From Fistulifera solaris (lineage: Eukaryota): a stretch of 64,000 bases of DNA. Below the pieces are notes generated by a model that was not told the DNA's origin, searched no databases, and worked only from the letters and a program-made list of their open reading frames with translations. Position numbers and translations under genes: made by a program. Location of the stretch: positions 682,001-746,000 of the forward strand of contig AP026164.1 in NCBI GenBank assembly GCA_030295235.1. Direction: 5' to 3'. This document shows, piece after piece, positions 1-11,726 of this stretch. Position 1 is the first letter of the stretch. The number at the start of each line of letters is the position of its first letter.

Positions 1-463
1 GCTTCTTCCCAAACTTCCCTCTAAGCTTTCGACGGTTGTAACGGCCAATGAAGAAGACACTCGACCTTCTGCTCTCCGCCCCCTGTATTCTATGTTATCA
101 CCGGCGGAATGGTCCAAGTTGTTGCTTGCGCGTGTTTTCTCGCAAGCTATCTACGAAAACGATAATTCAGCCAGTAGCAGTGATAACTTGGAAAATTGCC
201 TTATTGGGTCGTTGCTTCTTTTGGACGATGCAACTTTGTACCTGCCAGAAGTGGAGGAAGCTCGTTTGATTCGCGATTTACGAGCAACAGGTGCCGCTAC
301 TATCTTGACTTCGAACCGTTGGGCACTTGGTCGTCTTGCGGATCAGATAGTTGTAATGAGGGATGGAGCTATCTTGGAATGTGGCACGCATGCGGAACTG
401 CTGAGTCGAGGACCGCAACAATCTCTATACGCTGCAAAGTGGCGTGCTATGACGTCTCAATAA
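1..463 (+). CDS. ABC transporter C-terminal nucleotide-binding domain (5' truncated, degenerate motifs)
   Basis: Frame is open from base 2. Degenerate signature LSPAEWSKLLLAR, Walker B-like LLLLDDATLYL, and typical ABCB tail ADQIVVMRDGAILECGTHAELL..LYAAKW. Confidence 0.75.
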   Translation, partial: LLPKLPSKLSTVVTANEEDTRPSALRPLYSMLSPAEWSKLLLARVFSQAIYENDNSASSSDNLENCLIGSLLLLDDATLYLPEVEEARLIRDLRATGAATILTSNRWALGRLADQIVVMRDGAILECGTHAELLSRGPQQSLYAAKWRAMTSQ

Positions 464-735
464 AGCTATTACGATTCAGATTGACTTCTGTCGATGAACG
501 AAATACCAATTTCTATCATTAGAGCATTTGCTGAAAAAGTAGCGAAGAAAGTACTTATCTTGGAAAGTGGCGCGCATGCGCAACTGCCGAGTCGAAGACC
601 TCAACTATCTCTATACGCTGCAAAGTGGCATGGTGTGACATCTCAATACAGCTATTACGATTCACTTTAACTTCTGTCGATGTACAAAATCCCAATTTCT
701 ATCATTATAGCATTTACTGAAAGCTAACGAGGAAT
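370..735. repeat. Diverged ~186 bp tandem duplication of the ABC gene 3' end and 3'UTR
   Basis: tatcttggaa..gtggc.cgcatgcg.aactg...ctatacgctgcaaagtggc...ccaatttctatcatta starts at 370 and again at 556. Confidence 0.9.
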
Positions 736-739
736 GGAG

Positions 740-1573
740 TTAAAAGGTAGCCTCTCCGTCACCATCCACGCTTATATCATTGTCAGAGTCGTAATAATTC
801 GTTGTGTAATCTTCAACTTCCTCTTCGTCCATGTCTTCGAGTTCTTCGCCAATCTCTTCATCTTCTTCTTGTAGTTGTTCGTCCGTAGCTTGTATTTTCT
901 CTTCTTCCGCCAAAAGATCCGTCAAAGTCTTCCGTTGTGGATTACGTGCCTCACGGGCGGATTCGAGTTGTTTACGGGTGCTCAATAACTCCGCTGGAAA
1001 ATATCGTTCATCGGTGGCTAATTTGCTGTACACCTTTTGCCTTTGTATAGACGCACTTGTTACTGTGTCAAGGACTTCTGTTTCGTTCTCATTCAATTCA
1101 TTACTGCTCATAGGATTAATTCCCTGGTGACCGCTCATGGACAAAAGCACATTTTGATCTGGTGCGGTTCGTATTGTTTGTTGGCCGTATCTAGCGACAT
1201 CGGTCATGGGATTCTGCTGCACAAAATGTGACGATTTGTTCAATGCTTCAAAGATCTGTCGCTGTTTTTGTATCATCGAAACGACAGTAGCTGGTCGCTT
1301 TGCTATAACAATTTGTTGTGCTTGTCTCAATTCTTCTGCTTCTTCTTCTTTTATCACAAATGGGTTCAAGGATGTCGGATGAGCCGCATCGTTGCCAGAC
1401 GACTGCCATAAAATATCCGGATATAAAGAAGGACGAACAATTTCTTGTATCGACATCATTTCACGATCATTGTCTAGACCAGCTTCTTGCGCTGACCGCT
1501 TGAGTAATAGCTTGGACTGAGACAACGGGCCGGATCCTCGTCCTCTGCCACGACCTCGACCGCGACCGGACAT
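740..1573 (-). CDS. RPC31: RNA polymerase III subunit RPC7/Rpc31-like
   Basis: N-terminal MSGRGRGRGRG, central YFPAEL, and acidic tail ending DYTTNYYDSD...GEATF, as in Rpc31/POLR3G. Confidence 0.75.
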   Translation of the reverse strand: MSGRGRGRGRGRGSGPLSQSKLLLKRSAQEAGLDNDREMMSIQEIVRPSLYPDILWQSSGNDAAHPTSLNPFVIKEEEAEELRQAQQIVIAKRPATVVSMIQKQRQIFEALNKSSHFVQQNPMTDVARYGQQTIRTAPDQNVLLSMSGHQGINPMSSNELNENETEVLDTVTSASIQRQKVYSKLATDERYFPAELLSTRKQLESAREARNPQRKTLTDLLAEEEKIQATDEQLQEEDEEIGEELEDMDEEEVEDYTTNYYDSDNDISVDGDGEATF

Positions 1574-2470
1574 GCTTGCAATCGATTTTCTCTTCGAGAC
1601 AATGTACCTTTCCAACGGCTACTATTAGATAAGCTGCATGTTTACTTAGTTTGCTGATAATTAAGAAAGAAAAAAAGGTCGATTGGTTGGTTACAAATGA
1701 AGGACAATGCCACAATTGTGTAATTCTTCGGCCAATTTTCGCTTGGTTTCAAGGCAACCACCGATCTGGGCGCGATCGGAACGTGGTGAAGAATAGATCC
1801 GCCTGTCCTTCGTTCCGAGATCGACATTAGTGACTGCAAATGAAAATCATTCCCGTTGAAAGGTCGTCGTCGATACCGGTCCATCTTTAGTATAAGATAA
1901 GGTGTGAAACGATTTCACTCTATTGTAGATACACCAATACCGCTTGAATGGCATGCGCGCAGTTCGTGTCAAACGCTGACGTCTTCTCTCGAAAGGAGAT
2001 CGCCCCTCCGTTCGTTCAATTGCAAAAGGATCCGAACTTCAAATCTTGGCGTGTCCCTTCTTGGAAATTTCTTCGTCTTCTTCTTCTTCCTCACCTGCTT
2101 CACGACTCTCCTTGTGTAGCAAAAGACAACAAAGAGTTGATAAATATTAACTTTGCAAAGGTATGTTTGAGGGAGAGCCATGCTGCTAGAAATTTCGCGT
2201 TCCTATTTGCGACAGAGCACTTGTTCGTTGGCGAGAACTACGTTGAATCTCCGCTCTTTCGCGAGTGTTGACGGTTTCGTCGTTCCGCCAGACCATGAAC
2301 ATGCTCTTACTCTGGAGCGCTAAAGAGATAGAAGGCTTTCCTTGAGTATGTAGTGGCTTGTCTATAGTCTAGCACATAATGAGAACGCTCACATTTGTTT
2401 TCTTTCTTCTGGATTGACCTAAATCAAATTGGCTGCAGATTTCATTGACAACGACGACGACACTTTCAAC

Positions 2471-3007
2471 ATGAGCGGTTTATGGGCACGTTACAACAAG
2501 ATGCTGGATGCACAGCCTCTTTTGACAAAGGCTTTAACTTCCTTAACTGGCTTCACTTTGGGTGATGTTTTGGCCCAAAAATTCGTCGAACCGACCGACA
2601 AGCCGTACGATTTGATGCGAACTGTGCGATTGGGAAGTTTCGGCTTTCTCATTCATGGTACCACAGGACACTACTTTTACGGCTTTTTGGATGGAAAGCT
2701 GCCGGGAACGGCCCCGATGACTGTGGCTACGAAGGTCGCTATTGATCAGACTATCTGGAATCCTATTTTCGGTCTCATGTTCTTTGGTTACCTCAACTTT
2801 GTCGAGGGCAAGAGCTTTGAAGATTACACCAACAAGATCAAGGCGGATCTCAAGACGGCGGTCATGGGATCATGGGCAGTTTGGGTCCCGGCTCACACAA
2901 TCAACTTTGCCTTTATTCCTCCCAGTCAGCGACTGCTCTACATCAACAGCATTCAAATCGGCTACAATGTTTTCTTGTCATTCTTGGGAAACAAAAAGGT
3001 AGAATAA
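2471..3007 (+). CDS. Mpv17/PMP22 family membrane protein
   Basis: PLLTKALTS..GDVLAQ, KVAIDQTIWNP, W.VWVPAHTINFAFIP..QRLLY..YNVFLS motifs. ATG at 2471; putative 5'UTR intron 2161-2438. Confidence 0.9.
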   Translation: MSGLWARYNKMLDAQPLLTKALTSLTGFTLGDVLAQKFVEPTDKPYDLMRTVRLGSFGFLIHGTTGHYFYGFLDGKLPGTAPMTVATKVAIDQTIWNPIFGLMFFGYLNFVEGKSFEDYTNKIKADLKTAVMGSWAVWVPAHTINFAFIPPSQRLLYINSIQIGYNVFLSFLGNKKVE

Positions 3008-3395
3008 GCGAGACCATAAATGGAAGAAAGAGATTTTTTTGTTGATTAAATGCCGTTCTTTGATTTGTAACGCGTGGTTCGCTTCAAGCCAGATGATCGA
3101 TTTACTTGACGTTCGTCGCGTTCTATGCTATGCTACAAGCCTAATCGCTGCTTTGAACGATCGTCGTCTGGTACAACGCGTAATGAATTCCAAAGGCTTG
3201 CGTCTAATCGTTGTAAGCTACACGACGTCGGTATTCCTTTGAGAAGGCGGGCGCTAGGCTATAGCACGTAGCAACACTAACGGAGAAAAGGCAAACAAAA
3301 GTTCTCGAGAAAGAGAAAATGATTACTTCTTTAGTGAATTCAGCCTTCCGATGTCGAGCCTTGATCTGTCAAAGCTGCAGTCGAGAGATTTCGTA

Positions 3396-3623
3396 CTAGC
3401 CGAAAGCAGCTTTTGCCATATTGACGTTCTCGTTGTCTTTTACAGTCTTTCTCGTGACTTCCTTTCGCTCTGCTTCGCGTTCATTGATTTTCTTAAAGAA
3501 TTTTTCTTCATCGGAAGCTCCTGGAGTAAAGGCAGTCTTGAGTGATTCCTTCGTCTCGCGCTCTTTCTGCTTTTCTGCCTCCTTCTCCTTGTTCTTTTTG
3601 AGGAAAAACATCATATCCGCCAT
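3396..3623 (-). CDS. Small lysine/glutamate-rich hypothetical protein (75 aa)
   Basis: ATG in accATG context; charged helical composition MADMMFFLKKNKEKEAEKQKERE. Confidence 0.5.
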   Translation of the reverse strand: MADMMFFLKKNKEKEAEKQKERETKESLKTAFTPGASDEEKFFKKINEREAERKEVTRKTVKDNENVNMAKAAFG

Positions 3624-5347
3624 GGTAAAAGATGTGTGTTGTGCGAAAGGAAGAAGAACGATACGGGGATTGTGCAGGTGCCTTGCAAGTGTGAGCAATG
3701 CAAACACGTTGTGTTTGTTTTGTTTTTGCTTGTTTTTTGCCTTTCTTGGCTTGTGAAAAAGCGGACTAGTTTCTTGAGCAGCTTGTCCCTATCATGATGA
3801 CCCGTAACTATGACCCATTTTGCACCTTGCGCGGTGAGGTATGCGTACACAATTCACAGAAAAATTAAACAAATTAAATGCTTGATGTTCTTGACCTTTG
3901 ATAAATAAAAAGCACCCAGCAAATTAAAAATGCAAGGCAACGCCCTAGTCGTCATCAAGAACATATATGACATGATCATTTTATAGGTCTTAAGAAGATC
4001 CGGGACTGCAACTCGATCGAGTCACAAGTCACAACATGTTCCCGCCAAATTTCGAGATATAGTGCGAATACCGTTTCAAACGTTTTCCAAATCACAATCG
4101 TGACTGGAAAATTAGTCGTGGTGTCCGTCTGCCTACACTTTGAGACTATACTTTGTATTTAAGGTTCAACTCACAGGATCCGTTTCGACGCAAGCTATCG
4201 AGGTGTTGCGGTTCGAGTAGAGTAGATAAATAGTACGAGTAATAAGAACATCAAAGCCACTGAACTTGAACATACACTTCGTGCTATCATTTGTGGATCA
4301 ATTTGTTGCCGTTTCAATCGTTTCGGTGATTAGATCGTGATTGAAATCCAGTCGTGGTGCCGGAGCGCATACACTTTGAGATCATAGTGCACAGTGAATG
4401 TTGCATTGAACGCAGCGACGGACATGCCACGCGGTGCGGAAAGCGGCAAAAACTTTTCCGCAACAAAAATACATCATCATTCATCATCAATCATTATCGA
4501 GATACCAAGAGCATAACAGCGCCGATGACAGCATGTTTTGCAGTTAGTACGATGCTCTGTCAGTGCGTGATTGTAATTCGGTAGCGGAAATCACAAGCGC
4601 AAGAGCATTATCGTTGAAAGTTTCGCTTTCGTCACAACGTCCTAATCTTCGGCCATCGTTCATAAAAAATGCTTCTCCCTTCTGTTGCACTTTGGTGTTA
4701 AACTCTTAAATTGAACCTCGGAAGGGACAGATGCTTGCTTGGCAAAAACAGTGAGCCAGCCGCCCCTTCAACGCATTACATACAGTCAACTTACACTGAA
4801 GAAGTCTGCACCATAGGACAATGGAAGCTGTCTCATTGGTGTAGGTCACAAGCAGCGAACGCGACTGCTTAACTGCGCTTTCTAATCGGAGGATTTTTTC
4901 TGAATAGGTAAGAAAGGAAAAGTGACTCGAGCTCCAACACAGAAAGTAGTAGTGAAGGATGTGAAGGCTCGTTTCTTTCATGAGAATGATGATCACCAAA
5001 TAAAACACAATGATAGGTCGTCCGCTACAATGGACGACAAACTCTATGGTTGACTCTGAAAACAGCCTACTTTCGTCTGCGATCTCTTTAACTCCTTTGA
5101 CTCATTCTATCTTTCTCTCTTCGAACACTTTTAAACATCATAGGAGATTGAAATATGAACCCCAACACGTTCCAGGGTGTGCTATGAGAAATATCATTAT
5201 CTAAAGTATCAACCGATGATTCCAAATAGTAGCGATTAGCGCTGTCTACGCACAGGCGCTGCCTCTGATTACATTATAATCATTATGTAAATCCAAAGCA
5301 AATGTAGATGAGCTACAACCTTTGCATTACCTAGGCTATGATTTTCA

Positions 5348-5896
5348 TTAGCGTCCAAAGGTCGTAGTCAAGAAAGCGCGACCAAGAACGCCGGCTCCGA
5401 ACATATAGAAGTTACAAACTGAAGGGCTGGCATTTTCATCAATCGGCAGGTTTTCTACCGGAAGAGCCGAGACACAGAATATGTAACGGTGAGCGCCATG
5501 GCCGGGAGGAGGAGCCGAGCCGACAAATCCGGAAAAACCCGCATCGTTCTTTAACATTTTCGCGCCTTCGGGGAGATTTGATCCGTCCGCATTTCCAGCG
5601 CCGGTTTGCAAGGAAGTTACGTGCGCTGGAATATCATACATCACCCAGTGCCAAAATCCCGACACTGTGGGAGCGTCCGGGTCATAACAGGTGACGACGA
5701 ACGACTTGGTACCCTCGGGAGCACCTTCCCAAGTCAGAGAGGGTGAAAGATCTTCACCTCCTTCGACACCGAAGGCCTTGCTCAGCTGAGGTCCAGGCAT
5801 GGTCGCTCCGTCCGCAATGTCGGTTGAAGTAACCGTAAACGAAGCGGCGCTGGGCAGCGAATCGTAGGTATTGTAGCTGAATGGCGCGTCCGGCAT
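5348..5896 (-). CDS. YbhB/YbcL-type PEBP (Raf kinase inhibitor-like) protein
   Basis: SPSLTW, YDPDAPTVSGFWHW, GSAPPPGHGAHRY motifs; intronless. Confidence 0.92.
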   Translation of the reverse strand: MPDAPFSYNTYDSLPSAASFTVTSTDIADGATMPGPQLSKAFGVEGGEDLSPSLTWEGAPEGTKSFVVTCYDPDAPTVSGFWHWVMYDIPAHVTSLQTGAGNADGSNLPEGAKMLKNDAGFSGFVGSAPPPGHGAHRYIFCVSALPVENLPIDENASPSVCNFYMFGAGVLGRAFLTTTFGR

Positions 5897-6165
5897 GGTA
5901 ACGATGATGGTTTATTTTATTTATAATGAAAAAACATAGAGTGATGAATCAAAGCAATAGAATCGCGATGACGCAAAAATCGAAGTGCAAGGAAGTTGGC
6001 GGAAAAGGCGGCGAACTGCCAACCAAGTGCGGTTGTGTCGCACCGACGATAGTAACGGGCTTGTTGCGCTAGCCACGTAGATAAACACCTTCATGAAGAA
6101 ATTGAGTACAACACATAAACAAGGTAACGTTTCGTATCCAAAAGAAATAAGAGTAATAAGGGGAT

Positions 6166-7925
6166 CTATGGTACAATATCTATAGTATCATAGCGCTGCA
6201 AACGTGCGGACTGGGATCTCAGTCCTTTGCGCGTCTGGAAGGGTTCGGAAGTCCATTGCTTCGTTGTCGCAGCTCGGTCGGACAAATTATAAGACGATGA
6301 ATGTCGGGAATATTGCTTGCGAGTGCCCGATTCTGTTTGAACATTATTGGAAGATGATGTCCGGCGTAATCCGAGTAGTGAAGATGTTGCTGTCGCAACG
6401 GTGGATTCGTCCAACGTACTGTCGTCTCTTGCTATTATAGGTGTCTTTTTCCGCGAAGACGCGGCGGTGGATGCCACATTTTTGTTGGGCGAAAATCCGT
6501 AGCAACAAATGTCGCCCAGAAATGTATCGTCCAAGCCGCACAATAGCGAAGAAAAAAGCGGTTGGCGCGGAGACTTTGCGACAAGAATGCGGCGAAGCGT
6601 AGCCATGATTCTCTCTCATCTCAGCTACTTCATACACCAAAATGTACGCTTGCTGAGCGAGAACAGTCTTGATATCGACCCGATCAACGACGCTGTCGTT
6701 GCACTGGAACCATTCACCTGCGTGCTTGCAGAATGCAATGTAATGTCCGGAATCGCAGGAAGTACCTTGATGAACGAGCAGAGCCACCAGTTCGTAAGGT
6801 GGCGGCTTAGACTTGTTGACTTTCGACATGTAAGAACCGATCTGTAGTCGCTCCGCAAAGTGAATATGCTTGTTGACTCGGATCAATCGGCCGTATTCAT
6901 CAAGAGCAAACCGTTTGAGATGGCAAACCAGAATGGAGGGAGCCGTGGCCAAACGTAATGCTTTCTTAGCGGGTCGCTTGAAACCGCAGGGTGAACAATA
7001 GACTTGGTTATCACCATCCAATATTTCTGAGGAGGTGAAGTCTTTCAAAGCATCCGTCAGGGTCTTGACATGTGGCTGATCAATATCCAGTGACAGATCC
7101 ATATATCGGTCTCTTGTATTGCTCGGACATTGGCATCCTGGCATGTGACAGTCGACTCCAGTAAACCATCGAACAGACTGCTCAATTTTCTATTCTGCCC
7201 GTTCATCACAAGAGTCGACAAGAGTGCGCGAAGAAACTCGTGCGCATCTTCTTGTTGATACGGACGGAGGCATGGTGACAGTCGATCGGGATGTTTAGTG
7301 ATCGCCCCTGGGTTGACAACCGGGTTGCTTCCCCAAACTCGGATGGACGATAGCATGTTCATCCAGTCCGACGACGAAGAAGAAGTGAAGGCTCCTCTTT
7401 TTCTTGATGAAACTCCACCGTAATGGCTTTCAACTCTCGTGTCAGCCACCGGCATTTGTCTCGGAGTGCTCGATCATGGCGTTTCCGCCGCCTGGAACTA
7501 GTGTCATCCCGAGCATCTCCATCATCACTGGTTATGCTCTTGGTTTCTTCTTCGAGTAAAGTAGGGTTTGATGAATAGCGACGGAATATTTTACTGGCGG
7601 CAGGGTCTACTAGGGCATGTGTCAAAGCGGTGGAGAGCAGACATTGTAATACAGCGTTGGCGTAGCACGTGTTACCAACATTGAGAAGACCTTTTGGTTT
7701 ATGAATCGATTCCTCCAAATGCTTGGGAAGCGTAAATACGGATGTGCTGGTATTAGCACTGGCTACGCTTTCTCCACAATGATAATGGCTAGGATAGTGA
7801 GTCGTCTCGTGATAATCTTGTTGATCATCGCCGGCCATGGAGAAACGAGGAGGAGGATATAAAACACTCTCTTGGCGCCCTCCTCGCACACCGTATTTCG
7901 GTCTTTGTTGCGCCATTTGTTCCAC
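6166..7925 (-). CDS. Ubiquitin-specific protease (peptidase C19, USP36/42-like); split by frameshifts
   Basis: Cys box GLLNVGNTCYANAVLQCL, QQEDAHEFL, HLKRF, and His box HQG..DSGHY..WFQCNDS across consecutive ORFs. Confidence 0.88.
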
Positions 7926-8673
7926 AGTATCACAAACAATGACAAATAAAACAAGAGGAATTGACTTTTAACGGCGATAGGATGCAAACGACAATTTCCA
8001 GCAACGTTTGCCACGCCTCACAGAGATTGTCTTTTTGTTGCTTATCCCCCTCCGATCGTCAATCACAATAGCACAACGTTGGCAAGTATCTTTTTCGTTG
8101 AAGGTACATACAACTTCGTAATGAGCAGAGAGCACTATCGGCATGTGATAATTCCTCCTCTCTCTTTCTCTCTCTTCCAGTGGAGTGGCGTGTGGCACAT
8201 ATTTATGAAGGAGCAATGGGGGTCGTTGGGTCTAGTCTCAAAACGTAATTAAATTTTTTCGATGAGAATCAACGGATGTGCCTTCTTAAATAATGAAATT
8301 ACTTAAAGAGAGAAAAATCAAATTTCCTAAATCGAGTTTCGCCAACTAAAATCTGCACCACCCTTCATTTAGCGATTACAAATTTGGTCATTAAACGTAT
8401 GAGTACTATGGGGGGAGCGGCGTGTGTGCTCTCAGTGCTCATGACTTCTTTGTATTTTCCCACGTTATTCTTCGTGTCGCACTGTGGGTCGCGGCGGAGA
8501 ATTTGTGACAAGAATACCAGGTTAAGGTTCAAGATAACCGAGTAACTTGGTGCGTGATGGAAAGAAATACGGAGTACTACGTAATAATGATCGATCATGA
8601 TCGCGATCACGCGTCACGCGTTCCATTCCGACAACGCCATTCAACGTTATTACTATAAAGTATCAATTAAAAC

Positions 8674-9555
8674 ATGACGAGCTCGGCATTACTCCGACTC
8701 CTTCATATATGGCGTCCAGAGCTTCCGGAAAGCAGTGATGGCCGGCCTTTAGCCACCGTCGTGTCACATTTTGTCCATTTTCCGTACGACCGGCTGCCTT
8801 CCAACACACTCGTGGCCGTCCTGATGCGGCCCGAAGTCGTTCTAGGCTTGGTAATCGTTTATCTCATGTCCAAGAAAATACTCAAACTGGCGATGAAAGT
8901 AACGGGATTCAGTGCAGAGAATTCGGCGTTTCAGTTCTTTATTGCTGCACACAATCTGGGGTTGGCTGTTTTTTCGGGCGTCTGTGCCTACAATTCGTGG
9001 CCGATTGTCATTCAACATCTCGCTACACGAGGACTCATAGCTACCTATTGCGACACGGATGGATCTTTGTGGGGAGAGGGTGGATTGGGAGCTTGGGCGA
9101 CGGTGTTTTATATATCCAAATACTACGAATTCGTCGATACGTGGATTTTGGTGTTGAAAGGAAAAGAGGCATCCTTCTTACAAGTGTATCATCACACGGG
9201 GATTGTATTGGCAATGTATGGTGGTGTCGCCAGTCAATCGGCGTGGCTTCTGTTTGTGGTGTTGCTGAATAGTGTCATTCATACTCTCATGTATGTTTAC
9301 TTCTTCATCAAGACCATTTCTCCGAACACGGAAATTAAAGCCGCTCGCTACCTGACCATGGCGCAGATAGGACAGTTCTTTACAGGAATTGGCTGCTCCG
9401 TAGGAGTGCTATTCATGGGCAACCGTTGCGATACCCAAAGTTCTCGGGCTAGCCTTCTTTTTTTGCATATTTATGGATTTGGTCTGATTGCTCTCTTTCG
9501 GGCGTTTGCAAAAAGAAATACAAGAAAAACTAACACGACGTTGAAAACTGAATAA
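8674..9555 (+). CDS. ELO/GNS1/SUR4 fatty acid elongase
   Basis: SKYYEFVDT, FLQVYHH, LNSVIHTLMYVYF, LTMAQIGQF motifs; Lys-rich C-terminus. Confidence 0.92.
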   Translation: MTSSALLRLLHIWRPELPESSDGRPLATVVSHFVHFPYDRLPSNTLVAVLMRPEVVLGLVIVYLMSKKILKLAMKVTGFSAENSAFQFFIAAHNLGLAVFSGVCAYNSWPIVIQHLATRGLIATYCDTDGSLWGEGGLGAWATVFYISKYYEFVDTWILVLKGKEASFLQVYHHTGIVLAMYGGVASQSAWLLFVVLLNSVIHTLMYVYFFIKTISPNTEIKAARYLTMAQIGQFFTGIGCSVGVLFMGNRCDTQSSRASLLFLHIYGFGLIALFRAFAKRNTRKTNTTLKTE

Positions 9556-9576
9556 TTAGTTTCCTAGCTAAAGCTG

Positions 9577-10743
9577 TTATTGTTGTCTTCTAGCTTCGAT
9601 CGCGCGTTGATCGACTTCCCGTTGTACAATTCGTCCAGGTTCTCGTAGATCCGGAGTGTTGGTCTTAGGGACCAAAATTTGCAGGTCGGAAAAGGATTGA
9701 AGTGACTTTTGGGTAATGGCATCTATCACAGCCCAATCGTTGGGATAGCACCGTTGCAGGTATCCAATGACCTGCGCATTGTAGGTCAGTGGTTTCAAGT
9801 AGTAGCCCATGGTGGCAGTATCGGGGACGCTTTTGGTATCCTGAGAGAAGGAGTTATTGTGAGTCAAGTCCAGAGTCGAAACGGCAAATCATCGTAATTC
9901 ATTCATAACGACCAACCTTGGCAAATCCATTCACCAAAACGACAGCTTTGCAAAGTTTCGCTAGTTGCTTGGCATTCTCGTAATCACTTTGCACACAAGG
10001 AGCGACAACTACGCAAACATCTGTCTTTTTGATGTTTGTTGGTTGGAAACCGCTTTTGAAGGAATGCACGTTGGTTGTTACATTCTTGGCCTTTTGTGCG
10101 AGGTTCATCGACGCGGCGGCACTGGTGATGAGCCACGTGTTGGGCCCCAAAATGCCAGCAATCGATTTGACGAGCTTGGAACAGAAAGCTAGATTTGCCT
10201 TTTTGTGTTATCGCCGGTATGACGGCAGCGTGAGGAACTCCTCGTTCGAATAGGGGTAAAGTAGTCAAATCGATCATGACGGACTTACATCATCTACTTG
10301 GTTCGCAGAACGCATGGATCCGTCTCCTAACTTATTAAGTGATCCCAACGGAGGAAACTCGCATTCAATCAGCGGAAAATCTTTAGTTTTGGGCTTGGAA
10401 ATCGCTGCTTTGATAGATGAAATGGCTTGCTTGTCACTGTTTGCGATCGATCATGGTGAGGATGACAAAACAACAGTAATGAGAAGAGAACGAGTCCTAC
10501 TAGTCTATCATTTCTAAAACGTCATGCTGGAACGTACCGAGCGGAAATAGAAGATGGAATGATTGTGCCACTTCCGCCTGCAGCAAACAAAGTGTCCAAG
10601 AATTGAGCTTGCAGTGTAGTGTCGGTGGGTCGTCGACTTTTCGCGAATCGGAAGTCCGTCCTTGGTAATCCAAACGACGATACGATGTCAAAATTGCATA
10701 ACAGAATGAATGCACCAGCCAACGTAAACAAATATTTTGGCAT
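9577..10743 (-). CDS. DUF1995-like protein, probably plastid-targeted (4 exons)
   Basis: Splicing three GT-AG introns gives signal peptide VSS-FGL, then LIECEFPPL, VVLVNG, YYLKPL..GYLQRCYPNDW. Confidence 0.65.
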
Positions 10744-10914
10744 CCTTTTCTCTAGCTAGGTGAATTGTTGGGTTACCATCGACGATATCGAGTTGATAAA
10801 GCAACAAAACATTAAAGTCTACCAGTACTTGTACCAGGTGTACCAGGTATTTCCCGATGAAATTTGGTGCGCTTTGACCCGTGAATGAATTGATTCGTAA
10901 CCTGACTATATTTA

Positions 10915-11015
10915 CAGAAATTCTGGAAACGGTCTATTTTATCCTACAAAAAATCTGTACTGTAGACATTCCAGAAATTCTGGACACGGTGTATTGTATC
11001 AAACAGAAATCCTGT
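10915..11015. repeat. Two diverged 57 bp direct repeats, each starting with near-palindrome CAGAAATTCTGG
   Basis: cagaaattctggaaacggtctattttatc at 10915 and cagaaattctggacacggtgtattgtatc at 10972. Confidence 0.75.
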
Positions 11016-11391
11016 CTATGTTTTAACTGCATCAAGGGTTTTGAGTAGGGTGCCTACGTGAATTTCAGTAGACATTTGAAGCGTTGTATCTTCTCTCTTT
11101 TCAGCGTTTTTTCTTACTGCAAATGAGCGATGTTGATGATGCAAGGGTTGATGGCATCGCAGTCAAAAATACCGGGTACAAGGTACCCGGCAAATGGATG
11201 GTGTCAATTGAAAAATATCCGGGTTTTCCTCTGTCGACAATAATTAATTACGTGAAATGCACGTAGACATGACGTTTCGAGTTTTTCGCTTATTGGTTTA
11301 TTTTCTGCATGTTGGTGAATTTCGATGATGATTTCGACGCAAATCAGACCGTGAACTAGAGTGTTGCTTGTAGCAGGAAAGAGAGACACGC

Positions 11392-11695
11392 ATGATGATC
11401 GTTTCGCTTACTAAACTCGTCGCGGCAACCCTCACAATTCTCATAACGACACTAGACGATTGTGTGTGGTTAGTACCCTTTGTCGCGAAACCAAATACTG
11501 CATTTTGTCATGGGAGTCTGTTTGTCGTAACGCTGACGAGCATGGCCATTCTCGTCACTGGAGCAACTTGCTTGTTTTCCAGTCGCTTGCCGGTTTCGGA
11601 ATTAGTTTTGCAGGGGACCGGGGCGCTCCTATGCTGGTTGCTGGCAGGATATCTTCTGCATCGTTCTCTGGAAAAACAAAGAAGACGACAACAGC

Positions 11696-11726
<31 letters not shown>

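Noticed and set aside
4160..4225. tRNA-like GGTTCAA/GGTTCGA motifs
   Set aside because: No cloverleaf stems or A box around them.
3700..5340. Short ORFs in a gene-poor interval
   Set aside because: Low coding plausibility, no motifs and no consistent splice model.
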